This document shows positions 1 through 8,301 of a stretch of DNA of 41,662 nt, piece after piece. The stretch covers positions 1 through 41,662 of the IMG/VR virus record IMGVR_UViG_3300010052_000169; one strand, 5' to 3'. Below the pieces are notes generated by a model. That model worked only from the letters and a program-made list of their open reading frames with translations, did no database searches and was not told the DNA's origin. The first letter of the stretch is position 1, and each line of letters opens with the position of its first letter. Position numbers and translations under genes: made by a program. The DNA comes from a virus (lineage: Duplodnaviria > Caudoviricetes).

Positions 1-207
1 ATGAAACTCTCCGAGATCAAAGCCGAGGGTTATGACGGCCTGCACGTTCACTGCGATCATTGCCGCAGGATGGTAGAGATTGCATTCGCCTACTTACCTG
101 ACGGCGAGCTTGTCGATGTTGGCGCGAAGCTGCGCTGTAGCAAATGCGGTCGCCCCGCTTCGCATGTCACGGTATACCGCGATAAGACCAAAAGCATGCT
201 CTACTGA
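1..207 (+). CDS. Small Zn-ribbon protein, function unknown
   Basis: 68 aa with CDHC and CSKC pairs; converges on the lysis-operon terminator. Confidence 0.7.
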   Translation: MKLSEIKAEGYDGLHVHCDHCRRMVEIAFAYLPDGELVDVGAKLRCSKCGRPASHVTVYRDKTKSMLY

Positions 208-211
208 AACG

Positions 212-246
212 AAAAAAGGCCCGCCATCCCGTTAGGGACAGCGGGC
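212..246 (-). terminator. Rho-independent terminator ending the late/lysis transcript
   Basis: Minus strand GCCCGCTGTCCC-TAAC-GGGATGGCGGGC followed by CTTTTTT. Confidence 0.8.
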
Positions 247-272
247 TAGTGGGTCGTTCACAGGGAGAACAC

Positions 273-301
273 AAAAACGCGGGCAAGGAAGGAAGCCCGC
301 G
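273..301 (-). terminator. Second terminator-like hairpin with a CU-rich loop
   Basis: Minus strand CGCGGGC-TTCCTTCCTT-GCCCGCG-TTTTT. Confidence 0.55.
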
Positions 302-355
302 CGTCTGATGGATGCCTGATAGCGTCAGGCGGCGCATCTGCCCGGATGGGCGGAT

Positions 356-610
356 TCAGTTTGGGAGCGGCCGCTGTTCGATAAAGCGCTCGATCCGCCC
401 CATGAACTTCTCGATGCTTTCGAGCTTTACTTCCATGCGGGTAATGCGGTCGCCCTGCGGCGCTGTAATGAGCGCGCGCGCTTCGAGCTGGTTGACCCGC
501 TCATTGATGGATGAGCCCCACCAAATGACGCCTGCGGTCTGCAAAACAATCGTCAGGATTGTCGCGAGCGGAACGCGACGGTCAAGATGCCAGTGACGAT
601 CCTGTGTCAT
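356..610 (-). CDS. Single-TM, coiled-coil membrane protein at the end of the lysis cassette (holin/XhlA-like position)
   Basis: 84 aa from ATG 610 (MTQDRHWHLDRRVPLATILTIVLQTAGVIWWG...); one hydrophobic segment then an amphipathic tail. Confidence 0.7.
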   Translation of the reverse strand: MTQDRHWHLDRRVPLATILTIVLQTAGVIWWGSSINERVNQLEARALITAPQGDRITRMEVKLESIEKFMGRIERFIEQRPLPN

Positions 611-642
611 CGCATTGTTCAACGCCTTGCCTCGCTTCTTGT

Positions 643-855
643 TCACGGCTTCAACACTCGCGGCCGCGGCCAGTTGCATACTGCGATGCCGCGCTCGATC
701 GTGGTATCGATCCAGCGCTGCGACGGCTTGTTGGCGCCGCGGATGACGTGCTTCGGCGCAGGAAACGCCTCGCAGGCGCCGGTTATGGTAGCCGGGCCGG
801 TGTGCTGGCAGGCGGCAAGCGCAAAAGCCAATGCTGCGGCGATGACGATTCTCAT
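643..855 (-). CDS. Lipoprotein, probable o-spanin (Rz1-like)
   Basis: Lipobox LAAC after a hydrophobic signal; Pro/Cys-containing; ATGA-coupled to the upstream i-spanin candidate. Confidence 0.7.
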   Translation of the reverse strand: MRIVIAAALAFALAACQHTGPATITGACEAFPAPKHVIRGANKPSQRWIDTTIERGIAVCNWPRPRVLKP

Positions 856-1202
856 GGCAGCGTGCAGACCCCGCGTTCTTGGATCCAGTCGCCGCCACGA
901 TCGTAGCAGTCCTCGACCGAAATAGAGGCCTCGTTTGCGCGTTCAACCGCGCGCCGGTTCTGGTCGTTAACCTTCTGCTGGGTGTCGGCGGCGCCCCGGT
1001 TATAGGCGCGCGATTCCAGCGCTGAGACGACGAGCAAGGCCACGGCCGCAATCAGCAGGCCGTAGATCACGGTGCGCCCTGCCTTGCTTTGCATCACGAC
1101 GGCAAAGATCGGCGCGGTGACAGGAAGGAATTTGATGAGCAGCGGCCCGGATGCGAGCGCGACGGCAAGCCACGTCTTCCAGCTTGTGAGGAACGCGATC
1201 AT
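852..1202 (-). CDS. Probable i-spanin (Rz-like)
   Basis: N-terminal TM segments, predicted coiled coil, C-terminal Cys; directly after the endolysin. Confidence 0.65.
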   Translation of the reverse strand: MIAFLTSWKTWLAVALASGPLLIKFLPVTAPIFAVVMQSKAGRTVIYGLLIAAVALLVVSALESRAYNRGAADTQQKVNDQNRRAVERANEASISVEDCYDRGGDWIQERGVCTLP

Positions 1203-1672
1203 TGCAAACCCTCAAGGCATATCTTCTTTTCGGCCGCTCGCCGGTTTACGAGGCCTTGCACGACGCGCCCGCCCGCCCGGTTAAAGGCAGGCAGGAGATT
1301 GCACGCCGCTCGAATATCCCCGGCATTGATGAGGCGCGGAAGCGACGATCGACAGAACCCGGCGACGCCAATGTTGTAAGTCAGCGAGACAAACATGACG
1401 TAGGAATTGCCGGGGATCGTGTCCGGGCTAGCAAGACACTTCTCCATGCCTCCAGCATGCTCGTCCAGCGATGCGAGCAATTGCTTGTCGCATTCCGGCT
1501 TCGTCTTCGTCATGCCGGGACGGACGTTCTTTGTCTCGCCGTAGCAAATCGTCCAAACTTTCACGATGTCTTGATACGAGCGCAGGCGCAGGCCTTCCCA
1601 CTGGCCGACGAAGGCGATAGCCATGGCAGCGAGAAGCGCGGCGGCAGCGCCGCCTCTGGTCAGGCGGCTCAT
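1199..1672 (-). CDS. GH24 phage lysozyme, probable SAR endolysin
   Basis: E-x8-D-x5-T triad (WEGLRLRSYQDIVKVWTICYG), YNIG and GLVNRR motifs; Ala/Gly-rich weakly hydrophobic N-terminus. Confidence 0.92.
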   Translation of the reverse strand: MSRLTRGGAAAALLAAMAIAFVGQWEGLRLRSYQDIVKVWTICYGETKNVRPGMTKTKPECDKQLLASLDEHAGGMEKCLASPDTIPGNSYVMFVSLTYNIGVAGFCRSSLPRLINAGDIRAACNLLPAFNRAGGRVVQGLVNRRAAEKKICLEGLQ

Positions 1673-1890
1673 TTGTCACCTTCGATCGATTGCTGCGCTA
1701 CGAGGCGCGCGACAAGTGCGGCAAACGTGATGGCGAGCGTAAGGAGCGCGAACATCCCTCGCGGCACCATGTAGAGCTGCGGGATGAACGGCAGCACGGC
1801 CTCGATCGCGGACAGGATGCCGGCGAGGATGATCAGCCGGATGCTCCATGCTCGAGTAATGATCTCGCGCCAGTTGGAAAGCAGCTTCAT
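1669..1890 (-). CDS. Holin / pinholin candidate
   Basis: 73 aa, two TM segments, directly upstream of and overlapping the endolysin. Confidence 0.75.
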   Translation of the reverse strand: MKLLSNWREIITRAWSIRLIILAGILSAIEAVLPFIPQLYMVPRGMFALLTLAITFAALVARLVAQQSIEGDK

Positions 1891-2444
1891 GGCGCCACCC
1901 CTGCGAGCCGCGCGATGCGGCGATAGCCTTTCGGCGTGAAGTGGATGCCGTCGCCGGCAAGCTCGGAGCGCTCGAATTTGACCGCACGGAGCGAGACGTA
2001 GCGAACGCCTGCGCGCGCGAGATGCAGCGCTAGAAAAGTGTCGGCTTCATTCGAGTGCCGATCCCACGGTCGCGTAGTGCGGACCGGACCGATCCACGTC
2101 ATGCGAAGCTTGTTCGCGCGGACGATCGAAAGCACCGCCGCTACGGAATAGCGAAGCGACTTGCTTTGAACGGCAGCGTCATTGGTGCCTGCGCAAAACA
2201 CGACAGCAGAGCGATGAGGCAATGCGTCCAGCCATCCGATGAGGTCGTAAGTCATTGCGCCGCGCCGAACGTAGCCGGGAGCTGGGCGAACGGACGTAAT
2301 GCCTTCGCAAATGCTGTCACCGATCACGTAAGTCGCTGCGTCCGCTCGAGCGCGCCGAATGTTTTCGGGCCACACCAACACAGCGATCGACGCGAGCAGC
2401 AATAGACCACCAACGATGACGGCATTTAGAAATGCGCGGATCAC
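1887..2444 (-). CDS. SGNH/GDSL hydrolase (esterase) with N-terminal membrane anchor or signal
   Basis: Block I GDS (VIGDSI), block III GTND, block V DGIH; GTG start at 2444 overlaps the upstream stop (GTGA). Confidence 0.85.
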   Translation of the reverse strand: MIRAFLNAVIVGGLLLLASIAVLVWPENIRRARADAATYVIGDSICEGITSVRPAPGYVRRGAMTYDLIGWLDALPHRSAVVFCAGTNDAAVQSKSLRYSVAAVLSIVRANKLRMTWIGPVRTTRPWDRHSNEADTFLALHLARAGVRYVSLRAVKFERSELAGDGIHFTPKGYRRIARLAGVAP

Positions 2445-2845
2445 GGGAACCTCGAAACCACAAGGCTCGATAGCGGCTCGCACATACGAGACACGCGCCT
2501 GCCCGCAGCGTTCCCCGAAATCGTCATCACGCGACCGGGAGGACACTCGCCAGCAACGACCTTCGAGATGTGCCCGCGTGAAATGAACAGCGACCCCACT
2601 GCCCCACGAGGTGCAGGCGTCCCGTAGTTGTGCCAAGATCGCACAGCGTTATAGGCAGGCCCCGGATCGGGACGGCCCATAGCCATGACCTCTAGCCGCA
2701 TGGCGTAGCCGCACCAGGCATGAGGCGCTCCGGCAGGACGTGAGGCACCAATATTCGCCTCAAGCCACGATCCTGCGAAGAAAGCCGGAGCCGGGGTGGC
2801 CAATAAAAAAGCCCCCGCAAATGCGAGGGCGATAAGACGCTTCAT
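2441..2845 (-). CDS. Secreted CHAP/NlpC-P60-like cysteine amidase (TIGR02594-like)
   Basis: Signal peptide (...APA-F), AWCG catalytic Cys motif, GHI His motif, ISGN near the C-terminus. Confidence 0.7.
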   Translation of the reverse strand: MKRLIALAFAGAFLLATPAPAFFAGSWLEANIGASRPAGAPHAWCGYAMRLEVMAMGRPDPGPAYNAVRSWHNYGTPAPRGAVGSLFISRGHISKVVAGECPPGRVMTISGNAAGRRVSRMCEPLSSLVVSRFP

Positions 2846-2885
2846 GGTTTATCGACCGGCGAACCGGGCGCTCCTTTTTAAGATA

Positions 2886-2915
2886 TTGCAGGATGGGGGG
2901 GTCGTCGCCTAGTCT
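2886..2915 (+). promoter_or_regulatory. Putative sigma70 promoter of the moron
   Basis: TTGCAG-N18-TAGTCT; the spacer contains a G7 tract at 2895-2901. Confidence 0.4.
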
Positions 2916-2930
2916 TCGGGTCTGGCAGTA

Positions 2931-3752
2931 TTGATTGGGCGTAATTGTTTATGGAATTGTAGGAACTTGCCTACCGGTCGTTCTGCTATTGCGAGCGAGT
3001 TCCGAACTGGAACGACACGAGAAAACACCACGACTTCTAATCACAGGAATTACGAGGCTAAATTGATCGACATTTACAGTCAGTATAACCGCCTTTTGCC
3101 CGAGCTCTCCAAAGGCGACGTTGAACCGTTACTTGCCGACTACCAAGAGAACCTTATCAAACTCAATCGGATCGTAGAAAGCACCGGCGAGAAGATCGAG
3201 GGAAGCCTATTCAACGCTCACGAAGTAACAGAGCTTGGCGACGTTCCCTTCCCTCCGTTCAGAAGCAAGCGCATCAACTTCATCAAGTACGTCTGCACCG
3301 GGCGTACGCTCTTGGAAGTAGGATTTAACGCCGGTCACAGCGCCCTACTTGCGCTCTCAGTCAATAAGTATCTCCGCTATACCGGGATCGACATTGGCAA
3401 GTATCGATACACGCATCTTTCCTACGAATATCTGAAGTCGGTTTTTGGCGACCGCATCGATATGCACTTCGGCGACAGCCGCGAATTGATGCCGCCACTA
3501 CGAAGCGGGGCCTACGATCTCATTCATATCGATGGCGGGCATGGTGCCGGCGTTTCTCACGCAGACCTTACGAGCGCTATCAAGATCGCCAAGCCAAACT
3601 CTGTAATTCTGTTTGACGACGCGGCCGCAGACTACATGGCAACCGTAATTCACTATTACATCATGACCGGCCATCTGGCCGAAACCGATGTTATGGGAAG
3701 CTGGTCGCGCGACTACCCGCAGGTTCTTTTGCGAGTGAACAAGCCGCTCTGA
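2931..3752 (+). CDS. Class I SAM-dependent methyltransferase (Methyltransf_24-like)
   Basis: LLEVGFNAGHS motif I, YTGID, GDS, YDLIHIDGGH and ILFDD. True start may be TTG 3063 (GAGG upstream). Confidence 0.85.
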   Translation: MIGRNCLWNCRNLPTGRSAIASEFRTGTTRENTTTSNHRNYEAKLIDIYSQYNRLLPELSKGDVEPLLADYQENLIKLNRIVESTGEKIEGSLFNAHEVTELGDVPFPPFRSKRINFIKYVCTGRTLLEVGFNAGHSALLALSVNKYLRYTGIDIGKYRYTHLSYEYLKSVFGDRIDMHFGDSRELMPPLRSGAYDLIHIDGGHGAGVSHADLTSAIKIAKPNSVILFDDAAADYMATVIHYYIMTGHLAETDVMGSWSRDYPQVLLRVNKPL

Positions 3753-3753
3753 T

Positions 3754-4458
3754 ATGATCTTCACGTTCTGGAGCGGTTCGAGTTCTGATCGCGGGCATAA
3801 CCAGCCCGCGATTGACGAATGGCATTCTAACTTCCGAAAATTTCGGGTCTTTGGTGACGACGACGCGCGAGATGCGCTCGGGGATTATGCCGATCTCTAC
3901 GATGCTATCCGTATACCTGCTTGCAAGTCGGACATAGCTCGCCTTGCACTCCTCTTACGCTTTGGCGGGCTTTACGTGGACGCGCACACTGGCACGGCCG
4001 ACCCTTGGCGGCTGGCCGAAACGCTTTCGCTCTTGGCGTACAAAGATGTGGTTCTGTTCGACCACCGGCATTCTGCGAGAGATGCGGGCTATCATATCGT
4101 CAACACCGCCCTCGCCGCGCGTCGGGACTCCGGGATCATATGGTCGGTACTTCAACTGGCACTCGAATCCCTAGTCACGCATCGGGAGCGAGAAGGCACC
4201 TCAGAAGCGCATGTCGAATATGACATTGCCTCGCTGACCGGTTCCGGCGCGATAATGCAGTCCCTTTTCACCATCATCCGCAGAAAGATAGACCTGAAAG
4301 AGAAGTACGCGGACCGGATAGCCATTGTTCCACTGGAACCGATCCAGGCAGAGATTCCCTTCCACTTCTATAAGCACTATGGTTATCGCGCCCCCGGTCG
4401 GCATTGGAGCGAGCGCCAGCTAACCGAGCCGCTGTTCAACAAATCAGAGAGTGTCTGA
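3754..4458 (+). CDS. Glycosyltransferase, GT32 / sugar-binding DXD family
   Basis: IFTFW at the N-terminus, KSDIARLALLLRFGGLYVDAH signature, N-x-ALAARR and TGSG motifs. Confidence 0.82.
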   Translation: MIFTFWSGSSSDRGHNQPAIDEWHSNFRKFRVFGDDDARDALGDYADLYDAIRIPACKSDIARLALLLRFGGLYVDAHTGTADPWRLAETLSLLAYKDVVLFDHRHSARDAGYHIVNTALAARRDSGIIWSVLQLALESLVTHREREGTSEAHVEYDIASLTGSGAIMQSLFTIIRRKIDLKEKYADRIAIVPLEPIQAEIPFHFYKHYGYRAPGRHWSERQLTEPLFNKSESV

Positions 4459-4675
4459 AATGTCAGCTTCATTTAAGCCCATAGCCCCTACCCCAATCGA
4501 TCGCGCGGAAGGGAGCAATAAGCCGTGGTGTCACGATCAAGCTCTGATCGAAGCCCGCAGACTTGAAGACGAAATGAACCTCGCGCGGGCTTATCTTCAT
4601 CTCAGGATGGTCATCGGTAAGTATGTGAAGTCTGAAGAAGAATTCAAACGACTTACGACGCCAGATTTCTTCTAG
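4451..4675 (+). CDS. Hypothetical protein, third gene of the moron
   Basis: 74 aa; overlaps the GT32 stop and ends overlapping the tailspike stop. Confidence 0.5.
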   Translation: MSEMSASFKPIAPTPIDRAEGSNKPWCHDQALIEARRLEDEMNLARAYLHLRMVIGKYVKSEEEFKRLTTPDFF

Positions 4676-7011
4676 CCCATCAACTCCGCAACAGAAATTG
4701 TTGAAAGGCAACCCCCGCTACCATCGTGTTGCGTGTTGACCGTGCCGGTATTGTTCCCCGCTTGACCGGTCACTTTATACGTCAACGTAGAGACAGATTG
4801 CGGTTTATCGAGAGCAAGGAAGGCAGACGGTGCAATAACACGAGCACCCGCGCCAAAGCCAATCGTTGATCCAAGAGTTTTGATATTGGAACCAGAGCGG
4901 TTTAGACGGGCGATCAAGCCCAAACCCATTTCGCTCGGGAATATGCTTTGAATCACACCGTCGATCTTCATGATATTGATCTTGCTAGTCGGCGTAATAT
5001 CACAAGTGATGCCCGTATCCGAAGCCGCAGTATCGACATGCGTAACAGTTGCGGACGTTTCACCATACGACACCTGCACAACATCGCCGGGCTTTTTCAC
5101 GCCCGGTCCGAACAACTGCAACTTCGTCGGTGCTGAGGCATACGTCCCGGCCGTCGCAAGGCCGCTGTCGTATTCCAGATACCCGATGATGCGGGACGCT
5201 TTCGATGATACGGCAGTGCCGGTATAGATTACGCCAGCGCTATCCGCAGCGCCCACACCGCCCTCTGCGGTCGATGACGCAACACCGCATTCGTCCAGCG
5301 GGTAGATGCGAGACGATGTCGAACAGTTGATAACCCCCAGTCGAAGCGTACCGGTATCATCGAAAAGGACGATCCATGCACGGAACGCCACGTTGTTCGA
5401 TGCTCCGAGCGTGCTACCGCTCGAAATCGTAAGCGAGAGCGCATCCGTCAGCGACCGCCAAATGAGCCCTCCGTTGGCAACGGTCGGATCGCGGAAAGGA
5501 ACTTTTACAGGATCGCTGTTCGATGGGTCGTTACCAGCGCTGTTCTTTACGGAGACAGTCAAGGCATTGCTGGACACTGAGGCAGCAAGCTTAAGATTCG
5601 TCGGCACGCTGAACCCGAACGCTTCAGACGGAAGGTCGGCAACAACTAGCGCGCGGAAGGACGGCGCAAGCTCGAAAATTCCGTCTTGACCAATCCACAC
5701 ATGGCGTGGAGGCACGGCAAATGGTACGGGGAACACTTCTTTGAAAGCGCTAAAAGCGAGGATCGTCCCGGTCTTGTTGCCTTCGAAGTTGTTCGGCTCG
5801 ACCACAATTCCGGTAAGCCCGCTACCGATCTCCAGGCCATAGCCCTGATCGCCGCTTGCGCCGAGCGTGTTGTAGCAGCGGTTGCCGCCGATCTGGGTGT
5901 TGTGCGCCTGAAAGCTAACACCAATGCCGTGACCGTTCTGACCGTGGCCGTTGTCGCGGCAGGTGTTGTTGCTGATCCGGCAATTCGGCGCCCCCGAAAT
6001 GATGCCGTAACCATCGTTATCGGTGCAGAGGTTGTCTTCGATGATCGTGTCGGGAGCCCAATTTTCGATGCCGATCGCCCAGGTGTCGTTCGTATCGAGC
6101 CCGCGACCGCCGGAAATCTTGTTTCCGCGAATGGACAGTTCAAAGCAGTCCTCGTGCAATTCAGTCGTGATGCCGCTGCCGAAGCTCCACCCTTCGATGG
6201 TGTTGTTTTCAATCGAGCTGCGCGAGAGCCCGATATTCATCGCCGTACCGATCAGATGATTGTCGCGGATCGTTATATTCGGGTTCGGACCAGCAGATAG
6301 AGAAACAAGAATGCCTTGGTTCTGCGAGGTAACCGGGTTGTCCTCGGTGATCTTGTTCCCAATGATCTGCGAATTTCGGCATCCGTTCAGAACGAGACTG
6401 AACGTGCCTTGGTTTTTGATCTCGTTGTTGATGATCGATACGTTGTCGCAATCGGAGAAGGCCACTGCCGAAGTGTTCGCGCCACCATAGTTCCCCATCT
6501 CCATGGTGAACCCAGACACGGTAACATTTTCCAGCGCCTGACCGAACAATGCGTAGTCAGCAATATTCGGGATAATCAGATTGGACTTGCCACGGCCTAC
6601 CCCCTCTAGGTCGATGCTAGACCGCAGCGTTACGCGCTCGCCGAGCAGATAGTTGCCAGCAGGCAAGAATAGCTTATTGCCAGGGCTTACATCTGATAGC
6701 TGCTGTAGCGCCGCGTCCAACACGCTCGCTACGTCGCTGCCATCGCCATTGAGACCGTCGAAGTCGCCAGCGGCTGCAAAGCTTCTAGCTTGCGCCCAAG
6801 TCGTCATTGCAACTTTGCCGGTGCCCGCTACTTCGTACTCGTCTAAGACGCCGTTGTTGTTGCGAAGAACGCGAGTGTCGTGTCCGCTACCAATGGTGCT
6901 TATGCCGACCTCAACAAAATCGCCAGTATCGCCCTTTGGTCCAACAAGCGAGGACACCGCAGCAAGGCGGATCGCGGGGCCTGCCCCGCCATTCCATCGA
7001 ATAGCGCTCAT
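4672..7011 (-). CDS. Tailspike / receptor-binding protein with a pectate-lyase-like right-handed beta-helix
   Basis: 779 aa; GDGSD...LFLPAGNY cap followed by many I-x-x-N beta-helix repeats; short collagen-like GPKGDTGD; tail-fibre-type C-terminus. Confidence 0.85.
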   Translation of the reverse strand: MSAIRWNGGAGPAIRLAAVSSLVGPKGDTGDFVEVGISTIGSGHDTRVLRNNNGVLDEYEVAGTGKVAMTTWAQARSFAAAGDFDGLNGDGSDVASVLDAALQQLSDVSPGNKLFLPAGNYLLGERVTLRSSIDLEGVGRGKSNLIIPNIADYALFGQALENVTVSGFTMEMGNYGGANTSAVAFSDCDNVSIINNEIKNQGTFSLVLNGCRNSQIIGNKITEDNPVTSQNQGILVSLSAGPNPNITIRDNHLIGTAMNIGLSRSSIENNTIEGWSFGSGITTELHEDCFELSIRGNKISGGRGLDTNDTWAIGIENWAPDTIIEDNLCTDNDGYGIISGAPNCRISNNTCRDNGHGQNGHGIGVSFQAHNTQIGGNRCYNTLGASGDQGYGLEIGSGLTGIVVEPNNFEGNKTGTILAFSAFKEVFPVPFAVPPRHVWIGQDGIFELAPSFRALVVADLPSEAFGFSVPTNLKLAASVSSNALTVSVKNSAGNDPSNSDPVKVPFRDPTVANGGLIWRSLTDALSLTISSGSTLGASNNVAFRAWIVLFDDTGTLRLGVINCSTSSRIYPLDECGVASSTAEGGVGAADSAGVIYTGTAVSSKASRIIGYLEYDSGLATAGTYASAPTKLQLFGPGVKKPGDVVQVSYGETSATVTHVDTAASDTGITCDITPTSKINIMKIDGVIQSIFPSEMGLGLIARLNRSGSNIKTLGSTIGFGAGARVIAPSAFLALDKPQSVSTLTYKVTGQAGNNTGTVNTQHDGSGGCLSTISVAELMG

Positions 7012-7328
7012 GCGTCGAAACTCTTTCCTTCAACGGAAGCGGAGCCCTCCCCGATGATCTTCCTCATCCCGGAGTCAGTGCGCCAAAGCATCACGCGCGC
7101 TTGCCCAATATTTAGTTGGCTGGTCTGCGATGCAGATAAGGAAATGCGAAACAAGCCGTTCTCAGCATCAAGAATCGTGATGCCGCTACCGACTTTCAGC
7201 GTCAGTTCATTGCAGCCCTGCTTGAACAGGCACTCAAAAGTCCAGTCGGTAATATCCTCGGCAACGTCCTGATCGTTCGTGATCGTGGTGTCTTCATCGA
7301 AATCGGAATCAATGAAAATCGCTTCCAT
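7008..7328 (-). CDS. Small tail adaptor protein (BppU N-terminal-like beta sandwich)
   Basis: 106 aa from ATG 7328 (TGATG coupling); GSGITILDAENGLFRISLSASQT pattern; lies between tail genes. Confidence 0.6.
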   Translation of the reverse strand: MEAIFIDSDFDEDTTITNDQDVAEDITDWTFECLFKQGCNELTLKVGSGITILDAENGLFRISLSASQTSQLNIGQARVMLWRTDSGMRKIIGEGSASVEGKSFDA

Positions 7329-8281
7329 CAGACCGCCAACCATTCTTCGATGATCATTCGGGAAACCTGAACGCCGCCGAAGGTCGGAGAATCCGGGATC
7401 AGTGTTCCGGTATTCGTGCCCATGCGAACGCTGTAGGTTCTAGACGCTATCGAGCCGCTGTTTTCCTCGTACTCGTAACTAATATGGACAGTGCCGCCGT
7501 TGTTGCTCATCCATTGTGCCTCGCAAGCGAGCGCGTCAGCATCCGAATTCTTGAAGAGAGCAAACACGGCCCATTGCGAGTTGGCGTTGCCCTGCGCTTG
7601 GACAAGAACCTTGATGACGATTTTGGAAGAGGCAGACAGTGGCGTAAAAGACTGCGTGTAAAGCTGAGTGCCTTCGCTGATTTGTGGCTTGCTCGTATCA
7701 ACGGGGATCGAGGCCGTGGTCGAACTGTTCTGCTTCGTCGTGACGACAACGCGCTGCAGCATGATGCTTCCGAAGCCGGAAGCAAGCTGGTCGTAACTTA
7801 CCTCGTCTTCCTTCGCCAAATCGCCAAAACGATCTCCGTCTTCGTGCAGACCAGTAGCGATAAGCTCGCCGTGCTCTGTTACCGTGTCCTGCGTGGCCGT
7901 AAGGGCCGCCGACGATGCGGCACCCAGATTAGCCCTCGCTGCCGGCGCGTTGTTTGCGCCAGTCCCACCCTGTCCAATGCCAACGACCGAAGTGACGCCA
8001 AAGCCCGCCGCCAAGCCCGGATCGAAGTTATCTACGTCCTGCTTGGTTACTCCGTTCGCATCCTTGACAATGACCCGATAGAGCGAGCCATCAAGGACGA
8101 TCTCGGGCCAGATACCAGCCTGATCTGCGGCAATGCCGTTGGTCTGGTCGATCGGCGTCTCTTTCTCATCATCGGAATACACGTCCTTCGGGGTCAGAGT
8201 GCCCGGATCGTAAAACCAGATTGTCGAGCCCTTCCCATAGGGCGATTGGACCCTTGGGGTGCCGACTAGGCGCATTGTCAT
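7328..8281 (-). CDS. Tail fibre / particle-attachment protein
   Basis: N-terminal beta domain in the position of a virion-binding domain; GQGGTGANNAPAARANLG fibre motif; C-terminal domain shared with 12194-12838. Confidence 0.7.
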   Translation of the reverse strand: MTMRLVGTPRVQSPYGKGSTIWFYDPGTLTPKDVYSDDEKETPIDQTNGIAADQAGIWPEIVLDGSLYRVIVKDANGVTKQDVDNFDPGLAAGFGVTSVVGIGQGGTGANNAPAARANLGAASSAALTATQDTVTEHGELIATGLHEDGDRFGDLAKEDEVSYDQLASGFGSIMLQRVVVTTKQNSSTTASIPVDTSKPQISEGTQLYTQSFTPLSASSKIVIKVLVQAQGNANSQWAVFALFKNSDADALACEAQWMSNNGGTVHISYEYEENSGSIASRTYSVRMGTNTGTLIPDSPTFGGVQVSRMIIEEWLAV

Positions 8282-8301
8282 GGGGATGCTATCCTTGGCG
8301 G

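Noticed and set aside
311-355. REP/BIME elements (GCCTGAT.., CCGGATG)
   Set aside because: Only superficial similarity to enterobacterial REPs, single copies, and the host appears alphaproteobacterial.
611-1051. N-terminal extension of the 356..1051 ORF
   Set aside because: Overlaps both spanin genes in another frame; ATG 610 gives a coherent membrane protein.
2445-2636. N-terminal extension of the SGNH ORF
   Set aside because: Lies within the amidase gene; GTG 2444 gives a GTGA coupling and an N-terminal signal anchor.
2931-3752. DNA methyltransferase of a restriction-modification system
   Set aside because: No DPPY/NPPY or PC motif; the IDGGH and FDD motifs fit small-molecule or sugar methyltransferases.
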